A model generated the notes under the pieces. It searched no databases. It saw only the letters and a program-made list of their open reading frames with translations, and had not been told where the DNA came from. Both the position numbers and the translations under genes were made by a program. Below, piece after piece: positions 19,619-29,441 of a DNA stretch of 64,000 nt. The stretch's first letter is position 1, and each line of letters begins with the position of its first letter. Source of the stretch: Thermodesulfobacteriota bacterium (GTDB taxonomy: Bacteria; Desulfobacterota; Desulfarculia; JACQYL01); assembly GCA_963675595.2 (NCBI GenBank), contig CAXXLZ010000003.1, forward strand, positions 64,001 through 128,000. Direction: 5' to 3'.

Positions 19619-21886
19619 ATGTATATCATCGATTTTAATCCCTTCCAGTATGAGGGGCTGTCTCAGACGGACGAGGGCGACGCCCCCGTTTCGGACGGAT
19701 TCGCGTTTCCCTACGGGCGATCGAACGGCGCGAGAAAAGCCTCGGATCCTGTGGAAACCATGAACAATGAGCTTCTTTCCGAGCTTGTAGAGAGAACGAA
19801 ACTCATTGCCAGCCTGAACAATATCAGTCCCCTTCCGTTGGAAGGAATGACGCTGGACAAGGTGCTCAGCACCATTTTGAACAATATGCTTCACTGTTTC
19901 GGCTACTACCGGGGCATCGTTTATCTTTGGGACAAGAAGAAGGAAAACCTCGCATGCCATGCCACAGCGGGCATGAGCCCGGACAGCGAACGTATTGTAC
20001 GTTCGAGGCCTCTAAGCGCCCGCAGACATGACTGCATTGAAATTCGCGCCGCCCGGACCTCCACGTATACGTTCACAGAGGACCCGACCAACGGCACGGA
20101 ACTGACCGACGTGGACCGAAAGATTTCGGAGCAGCACGGCGGCCGGGGCTCGGTCCTTTACGTTCCCTTGCGCTCCAAAGGCGAAACGTTCGGTATCATG
20201 GGCGTCGAACGGTTTCCGACGCCGAACAGGGAGTGCCCCGAACAGTTCCAGATTACGGAAAAAGATATCAAGTCCCTGATGCTGTTCACCAACCATGCCA
20301 GCATAGCTATCGAGAATGCCAGGCTTCACGAACAGAACCAAAGGAAGATCGACTACTTGTACAAATTGCAGTCGGTGTATCAAGAACTGAACACTCTTAT
20401 GGACCTCCGGCGACTCACTGAACGGGTTCTGGAGGGGGGACTGTGCATCAGCGGTGCTGAAACAGGGATTTTTTGGGACGTGCATGAAGACGGGTGTGAA
20501 GTGCTGGTGGATGCGGCTTGTGGCTACCCGCAATGGGTGAGGAGAGGCATGGGCGTCTCCTGCAAGAATGATGATTTTCAGTACATAATCCGGCAGAAGG
20601 AAGCCGTGGCCTTTCGGCAACCCGCCCCGTTCCTCAGAGAAATTCCGTGCCTTCGGCCCGGCGCAACCTCGATCCTGTTGCCCATCGAGTTCGATGACAG
20701 GGTTGCGGCCATTCTGCAGTTGGACCTTCCGGACGGTAGCGGGATGGACGACACCGCTACGGAGGTCTTGAAGATCTACTCTTCTCAGGCCGGTAAGCTC
20801 CTCGAAAACGTGAAGCTATACAATCAGTTGCTTGTGGAGAAACGTTTTACGGACAACGTCAGGAACAGTCTGGGGATTGGGCTTCTTATCACGGACAAAT
20901 ATGGTAATATTCGCTCTATTAATCCAAAAACACGCGATGTTTTTAATATTAACGGGGCTGATCTCGTCAGAAAGAATATGGTTTCCGTATTCAAGGGAAA
21001 ACGACGTTTCGTATCCGACATCGTCCAAGACGTCATGTCCACTAAAACGGACATGGAGCGAGAGGTGGTCTACGAGACCGGTGTGGGAACCCTGATCCTG
21101 AAACTTTCCGCGTTTGTCGTGCACGATGAAGCGCGAAGTTTGGTCGGTGTGACGACTTTTATCCAGGATATTACCGAAAAGAAGAAACTGGCGGATTCGC
21201 TGAACCGGATGGAGAAGATGGCCGCCATGGGAACGATGGCCGCGGGGGTGGCTCATGAACTCAGGAATCCTCTCAGCGGTATTTATGCGGCGGTGCAGAC
21301 GCTTTCGAAGGAACTGATACTGACCGACGATCAACGTGAAGAAATCAACGACGTCCTGTCCGAAGTGGACCGGATGGAGATACTGATTCGCGAAATACTC
21401 CAAATATCAAGACCGGTTAACCTGAGGATATCACGAACGGATATCAACGGCCTGCTGCGTAGTTCAATCGTGGGGCTCCGAGAGAGCTTCCAGGAGAAGA
21501 AGATCAAAGTGGTGGAGCATCTGGATCCCCTCTTGCCTTTGGTCCAAGCCGACGGCGATTTGTTGAGGCACGTCTTCCAGAATCTCCTTCTGAACGCGGT
21601 CGACGCCGATCCGGAAGAAGGCGTGGTCGAAGTCGATACGCGATGTGTTTCTTCCTATATTCATACCGGAGAGAGACTCGTGGAAATCCAGATCTCGGAT
21701 AACGGTTCCGGCGTGGCTGAGGAAAACCTCTCAAAGATCTTCGATCCGTTCTTTACCACGAAAAATCACGGCACCGGCCTGGGATTGACCATATGTCAAA
21801 AGATCATCCAGGAACACGATGGTGAGATCTATGTGACACAACTCCCGGGACAGGGCAGCAGTTTTACGGTACGTCTGAAATTATGA
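19619..21886 (+). CDS. Cytoplasmic GAF-GAF-PAS sensor histidine kinase (NtrB type)
   Basis: GAF ends (IAIENARLHE; LENVKLY), PAS ending QDITEKK, H-box VAHELRNPL, N-box NLLLNA, DNGSG, PFFTTK, GTGLGL. No TM segment seen. Confidence 0.92.
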   Translation: MYIIDFNPFQYEGLSQTDEGDAPVSDGFAFPYGRSNGARKASDPVETMNNELLSELVERTKLIASLNNISPLPLEGMTLDKVLSTILNNMLHCFGYYRGIVYLWDKKKENLACHATAGMSPDSERIVRSRPLSARRHDCIEIRAARTSTYTFTEDPTNGTELTDVDRKISEQHGGRGSVLYVPLRSKGETFGIMGVERFPTPNRECPEQFQITEKDIKSLMLFTNHASIAIENARLHEQNQRKIDYLYKLQSVYQELNTLMDLRRLTERVLEGGLCISGAETGIFWDVHEDGCEVLVDAACGYPQWVRRGMGVSCKNDDFQYIIRQKEAVAFRQPAPFLREIPCLRPGATSILLPIEFDDRVAAILQLDLPDGSGMDDTATEVLKIYSSQAGKLLENVKLYNQLLVEKRFTDNVRNSLGIGLLITDKYGNIRSINPKTRDVFNINGADLVRKNMVSVFKGKRRFVSDIVQDVMSTKTDMEREVVYETGVGTLILKLSAFVVHDEARSLVGVTTFIQDITEKKKLADSLNRMEKMAAMGTMAAGVAHELRNPLSGIYAAVQTLSKELILTDDQREEINDVLSEVDRMEILIREILQISRPVNLRISRTDINGLLRSSIVGLRESFQEKKIKVVEHLDPLLPLVQADGDLLRHVFQNLLLNAVDADPEEGVVEVDTRCVSSYIHTGERLVEIQISDNGSGVAEENLSKIFDPFFTTKNHGTGLGLTICQKIIQEHDGEIYVTQLPGQGSSFTVRLKL

Positions 21887-23247
21887 GATTACTGATCGTC
21901 GACGATGAAAAGCTGATTCGCAACTCCCTGAAACGGCACTTTCAGAGTGAGGGTTATCAGGTTTTCCTCGCGGAAAACGCACAAAGAGCCCTTGCCTCCT
22001 ACCGGGAATACAGTCCCGAGATGGTGCTTCTGGACATACGTCTTCCCGATGGAAACGGACTCGATGTTCTTCGACAGATTCGGGATATCAACCCTGAAGC
22101 GGCCGTGATTCTCATTACTGCCTATGGTGGTATCAAGTCGGCCGTGGAAGCCATCAAGGAAGGGGCTCAGGACTACATTACCAAACCTTTCGACGTTGAA
22201 GAGCTTTCGTTTACCGTCCGAAAAAGCAGTGAACTTCTCCGCTTGAGAGAAGAGCTGAAGGTCATCAAGGAGAGTAGGGCGGAAAAATACGCTTTCGGGA
22301 AGATCGTTGCGCGATGCGCCAATATGCAGAAAGTTTTCGGGGAAGCTCGGAAAGTGGCCATGACGGACAACGCCACCGTTATTGTGCGGGGAGAGAGCGG
22401 CACGGGCAAAGAGTTGCTTACAAGGGCCATTCATTACAACAGCCCTCGAAAAGACCTGCCTTTCGTTGTGGTCAACTGTGCTTCCCTGCCTGAAAACCTG
22501 CTCGAGAGCGAACTCTTCGGCTATGAGAAAGGAGCCTTCACCGGAGCGGTCAAACGAAAGATCGGACTTCTCGAGACGGCGGACAAGGGCACCATATTTC
22601 TGGATGAGATCGGAGACATCAGTCCGAGCACGCAGGTTAAGCTGCTCAGGTTCCTTCAGGAACAGGAATTTCACCGTCTCGGAGGTCTTCGTGCGGAAAA
22701 GGTCAACGTTCGTGTGGTGGCGGCGACCAATCGGAATTTAGAAAGTGATATCGAAAAGGGATTTTTTCGGGAGGACCTTTACTATCGATTGCACGTCTTT
22801 CCTATTTTTATTCCGCCTCTCCGTGAACGCAGAGAGGATATCCCTCTGCTCGCCAAGCATTTTCTCGGCAACTTCAATCGAGAATTCGGCAAAGCGGTGG
22901 TGGGGTTCGCCTCCGAGGCCATGGCGGCGCTCGAGAGTTACCAATGGAAGGGAAATGTTCGAGAACTGAAGAACGTGATTGAGCGATCCGTGATATTGGC
23001 CGAGGGTCGCTGGATTCTCGCTTCTCTCCTTCCCACTGAGGTGCGGGGCAACACTTCGCCGGTGGCGGAGCCGGACTTCCTGTCCGGCCCGGTTTCGGAA
23101 GGGACGATACTGCCTCTGGAGGAGCTGGAACTCCGCTATGTGAAAAAGGTGCTTGAATTCACGGGTGGAAATAAGAGCCAAGCCTGCAATTATTTGGGGA
23201 TCACCCGGAAACGCCTCCGACGAAAATTGGCTAAGGAGGGCCTGTAA
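21883..23247 (+). CDS. sigma54-dependent response regulator (NtrC/AtoC family)
   Basis: REC domain (VDDE, LDIRLPD), GESGTGKE, GAFTGA, LDEIGD, FREDLYYRL, C-terminal Fis-type HTH. Confidence 0.95.
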   Translation: MRLLIVDDEKLIRNSLKRHFQSEGYQVFLAENAQRALASYREYSPEMVLLDIRLPDGNGLDVLRQIRDINPEAAVILITAYGGIKSAVEAIKEGAQDYITKPFDVEELSFTVRKSSELLRLREELKVIKESRAEKYAFGKIVARCANMQKVFGEARKVAMTDNATVIVRGESGTGKELLTRAIHYNSPRKDLPFVVVNCASLPENLLESELFGYEKGAFTGAVKRKIGLLETADKGTIFLDEIGDISPSTQVKLLRFLQEQEFHRLGGLRAEKVNVRVVAATNRNLESDIEKGFFREDLYYRLHVFPIFIPPLRERREDIPLLAKHFLGNFNREFGKAVVGFASEAMAALESYQWKGNVRELKNVIERSVILAEGRWILASLLPTEVRGNTSPVAEPDFLSGPVSEGTILPLEELELRYVKKVLEFTGGNKSQACNYLGITRKRLRRKLAKEGL

Positions 23248-23285
23248 TCGGACCGTTGGGAATTTGCGCAAGTGTTTTCACAATT

Positions 23286-23402
23286 GGGTCATTTCGAACC
23301 AAAGCACTGGGTCGAATCGACCCAGCTAGGCTGATGACCGAGGCACCGTTGATCCGGCCGATTTTCACCTTCGGTCTTTTACGGGATGGACCGTTTTGAC
23401 CC
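23286..23402. promoter_or_regulatory. Three palindromic enhancer-like sites, GGGTC-N5-GACCC
   Basis: GGGTCatttcGAACC (23286), ctGGGTCgaatcGACCCag (core at 23309), GGACCgttttGACCC (23388); 85-200 bp upstream of a sigma54-like promoter. Confidence 0.65.
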
Positions 23403-23486
23403 ACCACACATGGCAGGGATTCACCTTGCCGCCGTCTTCCCGCCTTTAGGTTTCTATTTCTCTAAAAAATCAATAGGTTAACTTCC

Positions 23487-23502
23487 TGGTACGGTTCTTG
23501 TT
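23487..23502 (+). promoter_or_regulatory. Probable sigma54 promoter of the rightward operon
   Basis: TGGTAC-GGTTC-TTGTT, preceded by an AT-rich IHF-like tract (AAAAATCAATAGGTTA). Confidence 0.6.
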
Positions 23503-23629
23503 TGCAGAGTTTGGTCACGGAGCTTTCGTCCCGAGGCCGTGAGTGAGTGGTTATGAGCAGGCCACGAATCGTTCGGCGAATCCGGAAAAGGCTCGCGTTC
23601 CAACGATATTCTCCCCGAGGAGTGAAATC

Positions 23630-25006
23630 ATGGCAGAGCAGACGGCGAAAACCGCACCGAGCAAGAAATCCTTGCAGACGGCGAGAGAAGTCTGGCCCTA
23701 CGTGAAGGAAGAATACGCCGCCGCGCATCGGGCCAAGGCGGAAGGCAAACCCATAGTCTGGTCTTGTGCCGTCTTGCCCAAAGAACTGTATTGGGCCATG
23801 GACGTGCATCCGGTATTCCCGGAGCACTATGCGGTCATCACGGGGATGATGCGTCGAGGCGGGAGCAAGGACGAGAACGTCGAGAAGGAAGCCGTGCGGT
23901 TTGCACGTGTGGCGGAGTCGGCCGGATTTTCCAGCTATCTTTGCGGATACGCCCGATCAAGCATCGGCTATACAATGTTGGGAGATTTCGAGGACGCTCC
24001 GCTGGGCGGCCTGCCCAAGCCGGACATGATCATTTCCACCAGTTTTGTTTGTGACCTCCGGGGAAAGTGGCTCCGGTACTTGGCTCAAAAACTGGACGTT
24101 CCGTTCTACGTTCTGGATGTGCCGGAGCGTGGGTGCGATATGGCGTTGATTCAGCCGGGTCTCCGCTCTGCGCTTCTGCCCTTTTACAACAAGATACGGC
24201 GTGGTGAAAGGGATCTGTTTGTTTCGCCCGTGGCGGATCACGAGCTTGATTACACGGAAACTCAGTGGCGCGAGCTGATCCGCTTTATCGAAGAGGTCAC
24301 CGGTCACAAGTACGACCAGGACAGGTTCAACGAGGTCATGGAGACCTCCTACAGGACCAACGAAATCCGACTGGAAATTCTGGAGCTGAGGAAGGCGCGT
24401 CCGGCGCCCATGGGTGTGGCCGACGGTCTTTCCACCATGTATCCGGGCCTTTACACGACCGGCACCCAAAAAGCCTACGACTTCTATGTCCGTCTGCGGG
24501 ATGAATTGAAAGCTCGCGTGGCCAAAAACGAGGGCATCATTCCCAACGAGCGGTTCCGGCTTCTGTGGATGGGACTAGCTCCCTGGTTCAACATGTCGTT
24601 ATTCAACTACTTTGAGAAGTACGGCGGTGTGTTCGTATTCGAGCCCATCTATAATATGGTGCCTTTTCCTCCACGGACACCGGAGAATCCCATTCGAGAG
24701 CTGACCATCCGGACCATGCAACAGGCCGGTGGCATCATCGCTCCCAACATGGTGGGACAGGCCGTTTCCACCATGGTCAACGCGGCTCACGAATATCAAT
24801 GTGCGGGCGCGGTGCTCTTCTATCTCATAACTTGTCGACCCGTCGTCTATCCCACCACGGAGATCGCCCGGGTCCTGCAGGAGGACTTCGGCATACCTTC
24901 CGTACCTCTTGAATGCGACCTCATCGACGAGCGGACCTATTCCGAAGCACAGACCTTCGCCCGGTTCGACGCTTTTGCTGAACAGCTCCTCAAGGCGGCC
25001 GCCTGA
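23630..25006 (+). CDS. 2-hydroxyacyl-CoA dehydratase / class I benzoyl-CoA reductase family, alpha-type subunit (HgdA/HadB/BcrB-like)
   Basis: FPEHYA, YLCGYARS, GGLPKPD, FVCDLRGKW, ELKARV..EG..PNERFRLLW, LITCRP, LECDLIDER; three Fe-S Cys. GAGGAG RBS before ATG 23630. Confidence 0.88.
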   Translation: MAEQTAKTAPSKKSLQTAREVWPYVKEEYAAAHRAKAEGKPIVWSCAVLPKELYWAMDVHPVFPEHYAVITGMMRRGGSKDENVEKEAVRFARVAESAGFSSYLCGYARSSIGYTMLGDFEDAPLGGLPKPDMIISTSFVCDLRGKWLRYLAQKLDVPFYVLDVPERGCDMALIQPGLRSALLPFYNKIRRGERDLFVSPVADHELDYTETQWRELIRFIEEVTGHKYDQDRFNEVMETSYRTNEIRLEILELRKARPAPMGVADGLSTMYPGLYTTGTQKAYDFYVRLRDELKARVAKNEGIIPNERFRLLWMGLAPWFNMSLFNYFEKYGGVFVFEPIYNMVPFPPRTPENPIRELTIRTMQQAGGIIAPNMVGQAVSTMVNAAHEYQCAGAVLFYLITCRPVVYPTTEIARVLQEDFGIPSVPLECDLIDERTYSEAQTFARFDAFAEQLLKAAA

Positions 25007-25029
25007 TCTTGCGGCAAGGAGAATGACAC

Positions 25030-26196
25030 ATGGCGAGTTTTTTCCAGGAGTGGGTGGAGTATCGACACGAAAAAGTCAGGCAATGGAAAGAGGACACGGG
25101 CGGGAAGGCTTACGGATACCTGTGTTGCATGACGCCCGAGGAAATCTTGTATGCGGCCGGCGTTCTGCCCGCGAAGGTGATGGGAGCGGGTGAGGCGCCC
25201 CAGGAGATCGTCGACAAGCATCTTGTGCGTTACGCATGTCCCTATGTGAGAAGCATGCTCGACGCGGCGGGACGTGGGGAATATTCGTACCTGGATTCCG
25301 TGGTGGTCTGTAACAGCTGCGACATCATGTCTCGAGTCGAGTACTACTGGCGGACCATGAAACCGCATCCCAAATCCACCATATTGGGGGTGGAGCTGTC
25401 GCCGTACGTTTTGTACATCAAGAGTCCCGAAAAGATCTCCGGACCCGGCGTCCACGAATATCTTCGTTCCGAGTTCCGTATTTTCAAGCAACATTTGGAG
25501 AGGGACACCAAACAGGTAATCACGGACGATATGCTCGAATCGGCAATCTCGGTCTACAACGAGCATTACGACCTGATGAGAAAGCTTCACGACTTGAGGA
25601 AAGAGGAACCCCTCAAGGTGTCGGGCAGCGAGGCTTTCGTGATCGAGCTTTCGTCTCTGTTGATGCGTAAAGACCTTCATAACCAAAAGCTGGCCGCCCA
25701 CTTGAAGAACATCGAGACTCGGGAGCCTCTTTCGGGAAACCCCGTCCGGCTGTTTCTTTCGGGTGGAGGTGTGGACCACTTTACCGGACAAATTTACACG
25801 GTCATCGAGGAGGCGGGCGGACAGGTGGTGGCTGAAGACATCGGTGTGGGATCGAGCTGGTTCGGCCACGGGATCGACACCGACAAGCCTCCCATGGATG
25901 CCATCGTGGCTCACCGACTCGATGTTCATTGTCCCCACACCATGACTTCCGAACGTCACCCCAGGGAACGGTTCGAATACGTGAAATCCAAGATTAAGGA
26001 CGCGAATGTCAAAGGGGCGGTGTTCTTCGTCCCCATGTACTGCGAATGCCGGAATCTGGAGTACCCGTTTATCAAAGAAGGCCTCCGGGACGAGTTGGGG
26101 ATTCCCACGCTCTATCTGGACAGCGACTACAGTCAGGGATCGCTGGACGAAGCCGTTTCGAAGATCGAGGCCTTCATCGAGATGCTTGAGGAATAA
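25030..26196 (+). CDS. Same family, beta-type subunit (HgdB/HadC/BcrC/BzdN-like)
   Basis: GYLCCMTPEEILYAAG, YACPYVRS, NSCD, MYCE, IEAFIEML. Confidence 0.88.
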   Translation: MASFFQEWVEYRHEKVRQWKEDTGGKAYGYLCCMTPEEILYAAGVLPAKVMGAGEAPQEIVDKHLVRYACPYVRSMLDAAGRGEYSYLDSVVVCNSCDIMSRVEYYWRTMKPHPKSTILGVELSPYVLYIKSPEKISGPGVHEYLRSEFRIFKQHLERDTKQVITDDMLESAISVYNEHYDLMRKLHDLRKEEPLKVSGSEAFVIELSSLLMRKDLHNQKLAAHLKNIETREPLSGNPVRLFLSGGGVDHFTGQIYTVIEEAGGQVVAEDIGVGSSWFGHGIDTDKPPMDAIVAHRLDVHCPHTMTSERHPRERFEYVKSKIKDANVKGAVFFVPMYCECRNLEYPFIKEGLRDELGIPTLYLDSDYSQGSLDEAVSKIEAFIEMLEE

Positions 26197-26201
26197 CCGG
26201 A

Positions 26202-26963
26202 ATGCTCATTGTTGGAATCGACGTGGGCCAACACGGCATCAAAGCCGTGGGAGTGAAGGATTCGGCGATTGCCTCTCAAGAAGTTCTCCAGTCGGGGAGT
26301 GAAGCGAACGTGGGCGCGGGGGAGATTCTCGAGAGGATACTGGCGCAGTCCCCACATTCCGACAACGAGGCGGTAAAGGTTGTCGCCACCGGTCTCGGTC
26401 GCAAAGAAGTATCCTTCGCCGACCTGCGCCGAACACAGGAACATTGTGTGGCCAAGGGAGCTCATTTCCTTATGGGCGGGGCCTGCACGATCCTGGACGC
26501 GGGAGCCGGCGGGTGCAGGGCGGTGCGCATCGGCCCAACGGGCAAAGTACTTGAATTTTCAGGCAACAGCAAATGCGCCTGCGGCACCGGCTCCTTCTTC
26601 ACCACGGCTTGCGAAGTCCTGCAGATCGGCATGGACAGGCTGGATGAATTGGCCTTGCAGGCCGAAGGACTTGCCGGCGTCAGCACCACCTGTGCCGTGT
26701 TCGCGGAATCGGCCATCATCTCCAATGTTCATCGAGGATTCGGCTTAGGAGATATCTGTGCGGGAATCTGCGACTCCGTGACCACGCGACTCACGGACGT
26801 CGTTCATCGAGTCGGCGTTGAAGAGGAACTGTTCTTCTGCGGCGGCGTGGCTCTCATGCGAACGGTTGGGAAGATGCTGGAGGCGCAACTCGGAGTCAAG
26901 GTGCACGTGCCCGAGGCGCCTCTACTGGTCGCCGCGCTGGGGGCGGCACTATCCCTCGCCTAA
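26202..26963 (+). CDS. ASKHA ATP-dependent activase subunit (BcrD/BzdP-like)
   Basis: GIDVG, ATGLGR, LDAGAG, NSKCACGTG, STTCAVFAES, CGGVA, ALGAAL. Confidence 0.88.
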   Translation: MLIVGIDVGQHGIKAVGVKDSAIASQEVLQSGSEANVGAGEILERILAQSPHSDNEAVKVVATGLGRKEVSFADLRRTQEHCVAKGAHFLMGGACTILDAGAGGCRAVRIGPTGKVLEFSGNSKCACGTGSFFTTACEVLQIGMDRLDELALQAEGLAGVSTTCAVFAESAIISNVHRGFGLGDICAGICDSVTTRLTDVVHRVGVEEELFFCGGVALMRTVGKMLEAQLGVKVHVPEAPLLVAALGAALSLA

Positions 26964-26988
26964 TTGAAGCCTGGAGAAACAACGGACC

Positions 26989-27789
26989 ATGTTCTACGCG
27001 GGCGTTGATGTCGGGTCTCGCACGGCCAAGGCGATCATTCTGCATGACGGCCGGCAAATGGGTTCTCACTTGATTTCCACTGGGGCGGACAGCGCGGAGA
27101 CCTCCAAGACCGTCCTCGAAGGGGCACTGCGCGATGCCGGGCTGGAAATGGGACTGCTGAAGGGCATCGTCACCACCGGGTACGGCCGCTACATCGCGCC
27201 TTTCCCCCATGAGAGCATCACGGAAATCGCCTGCCACACCAGAGGGGTGCATCAGGTATTCCCTTCCGCCCGAACGATTTTGGATATGGGTGGGCAGGAC
27301 TGCAAGGCAATTCGGTTGAACGAGTCGGGGGATCATATCAATTTTGTGATGAACGACAAATGTGCCGCGGGAACAGGCAGGTTTCTTGAAGTCCTGGCGC
27401 GAAGTCTGGATGTGCGTCTGGAGGAAATGACGACCCTCGCCTTGGGAGCGGATAACCCCATTCGCATCAGCTCGGTCTGCGCGGTGTTTGCCAAGGAGGA
27501 AGCGCTCTCCCATCGGCGAAGAGGAGTTCCTCTCAATGCGATCCTTGCCGGAGTCCTGGATTCCGTCGCCGAACGCGTGTTCAAACTGATCAACGTCGTT
27601 GGGCTGGAGGAGGATTTTGTGATTACCGGAGGAATCGCCTTGAATGCCGGAGTGGTCCGGCGAATTGAGCAACGAGCCAAGATGCGGGCGCTCATTCCTC
27701 CGGAACCCCAATTGACCGGCGCCATGGGGGCGGCTTGGCTGGCGAAGCATTTGGACGAATCGAAACTAGGAAAGGGTGGGTATGCCTGA
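26989..27789 (+). CDS. ASKHA ATP-dependent activase subunit (BcrA/BzdQ/HgdC-like)
   Basis: GVDVGSRTAK, TTGYGR, TEIACH, DMGGQDCK, MNDKCAAGTGRFLE, CAVFAK, TGGIA. Confidence 0.9.
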   Translation: MFYAGVDVGSRTAKAIILHDGRQMGSHLISTGADSAETSKTVLEGALRDAGLEMGLLKGIVTTGYGRYIAPFPHESITEIACHTRGVHQVFPSARTILDMGGQDCKAIRLNESGDHINFVMNDKCAAGTGRFLEVLARSLDVRLEEMTTLALGADNPIRISSVCAVFAKEEALSHRRRGVPLNAILAGVLDSVAERVFKLINVVGLEEDFVITGGIALNAGVVRRIEQRAKMRALIPPEPQLTGAMGAAWLAKHLDESKLGKGGYA

Positions 27790-28564
27790 TTTTGTTACAT
27801 GGGAAATGGAGAATGCCGTAGCTCAAGTAGTGCTGAACAGTCCTCCCGCCAACGCCATGAGTGCCGGGCTTCTGCAGGAGCTCGACGGCGTCGTAAAGGA
27901 GTTGAAGACCGACTCCCGGGTGCGGGCGGTGGTTTTCAGGAGCGCCGTTCCGAAAATCTTCATGGCCGGCGCGGACTTGAAAGCCTTGACGGATATGGAT
28001 GGAACACGCTTCCGTGAGTATATCCGCTATGCCCAGGAAGTGTTCAGCGGGATCGAAAGACTGGGTATGCCGACCATCGGGGTGCTGAGCGGGCATGCCT
28101 TGGGCGGAGGGTGTGAATTTTCCCTCTGCTTCGATTTCCGTTTCATGGCGGAGGAGAAGGCGAGAATCGGCCTTCCCGAAGTCACGTTGGGGCTTATTCC
28201 GGGGGCGGGGGGCACTCAGCGTCTTCCTCGCCTCATCGGCCTGGCCAAGGCAAGGGAGTTTCTGATCCGGGGAAATGCCGTCGATGGAGCCGAAGCGCTG
28301 TCCATCGGCTTGGTGGATCGTGTTTTTCCCGCAAGCAGTCTTCTGGACGAGGCCCTGCAGTTCGCCCAAGCCATGGCCGTGGGAGCGACCAAGGCCATGG
28401 CGGAAATCAAACGTTGTCTGGCGGTTCCGACCGAAGAAGCCCTGTGGACCGGGCTGAACCAGGAACTTGACGGCATCGTACGCTTGTTCACTGAAACCGA
28501 GGACACAAAGGAAGGGATTCGGGCGTTCAACGAGAAACGTTCACCGGTGTTTCACGGGAAATAG
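27782..28564 (+). CDS. Enoyl-CoA hydratase (crotonase family)
   Basis: FMAGADL, GHALGGGCE, GLPEVTLGLIPGAGGTQRL with both catalytic Glu; F.EKR.P.F.G tail. Confidence 0.92.
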   Translation: MPDFVTWEMENAVAQVVLNSPPANAMSAGLLQELDGVVKELKTDSRVRAVVFRSAVPKIFMAGADLKALTDMDGTRFREYIRYAQEVFSGIERLGMPTIGVLSGHALGGGCEFSLCFDFRFMAEEKARIGLPEVTLGLIPGAGGTQRLPRLIGLAKAREFLIRGNAVDGAEALSIGLVDRVFPASSLLDEALQFAQAMAVGATKAMAEIKRCLAVPTEEALWTGLNQELDGIVRLFTETEDTKEGIRAFNEKRSPVFHGK

Positions 28565-28581
28565 CTTTAGGAGAGAAAGCC

Positions 28582-29346
28582 ATGGAAATTCGGAATGCTG
28601 TAGCTTTGGTGACCGGGGGAGCATCCGGTCTTGGAGAGAGATGTGCTCGCGATCTCGTTGCTGAAGGAGCTCGTGTGGCGATTCTGGATGTGGGCGAAAG
28701 AGGGGCCGAGGTTGCCGCCGAGCTGGGTGATGCCTGCATTTTCTGCAAGACCGACGTGACGAGCGCCGATTCCGTTAAAGCCGCGGTAGACGAGGCCGTT
28801 GCGAAATTCGGTGCGATTAACATCGCCGTGAACTGCGCCGGCGTGGCCACTGCGGCCAAAGTGATCGGCAAAACGGGTCCCATTGATCTGGCGGGATTCG
28901 AAAAGGTGATCAGCATCAACCTGACGGGAACCTTGAACGTTCTGCGTCTGGCCGTGGAACAGATGCTGAAGAACGCCCCCAACGAGGAAGGGGAGCAGGG
29001 TGTGGTGATCAATACGTCTTCTTGTGCGGCTTTTGAAGGTCAGATCGGCCAAGCGGCCTACAGCGCATCCAAGGCCGGCGTGGCCGGTATGACGTTGCCC
29101 ATTGCTCGGGAACTAGCTCGTTACGGAATCCGTAATGTGACCATCGCCCCCGGCCTGTTTGAAACCCCCATGCTCGCGGGGATGCCGGATAAGGTTCGCC
29201 AGTCCCTCATCGCCACGTGCCTTTTTCCAAAGAGACTTGGAAAACCCAGTGAATTCTCCCTGCTGGTGAAGCAGATCATTCAGAATCCAATGTTGAACGG
29301 CGCCACCATCCGATTGGACGGTGCGCTGCGTATGGCTCCCCAGTGA
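28582..29346 (+). CDS. 3-hydroxyacyl-CoA dehydrogenase type 2 (HSD17B10-like SDR)
   Basis: VTGGASGLG, NCAG, AAFEGQIGQAAYSASK, TLPIARELA, IRLDGALRM. Confidence 0.93.
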   Translation: MEIRNAVALVTGGASGLGERCARDLVAEGARVAILDVGERGAEVAAELGDACIFCKTDVTSADSVKAAVDEAVAKFGAINIAVNCAGVATAAKVIGKTGPIDLAGFEKVISINLTGTLNVLRLAVEQMLKNAPNEEGEQGVVINTSSCAAFEGQIGQAAYSASKAGVAGMTLPIARELARYGIRNVTIAPGLFETPMLAGMPDKVRQSLIATCLFPKRLGKPSEFSLLVKQIIQNPMLNGATIRLDGALRMAPQ

Positions 29347-29441
29347 GTGTAGGAGGATAGGGCCTCCGCCCATAAGGAGAGGCTCAACCTCAGTGCGATT
29401 TCCGTAATCCAACCACAAGCAAGCAAAAGAGGAGGAGCACA

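Noticed and set aside
23630-29346. Calling the cluster a canonical bcr/bzd benzoate pathway
   Set aside because: No benzoate-CoA ligase, ring-opening hydrolase (oah), Zn-dependent had or ferredoxin is recognisable, and the alpha-subunit motifs are dehydratase-like, so gene symbols were withheld.
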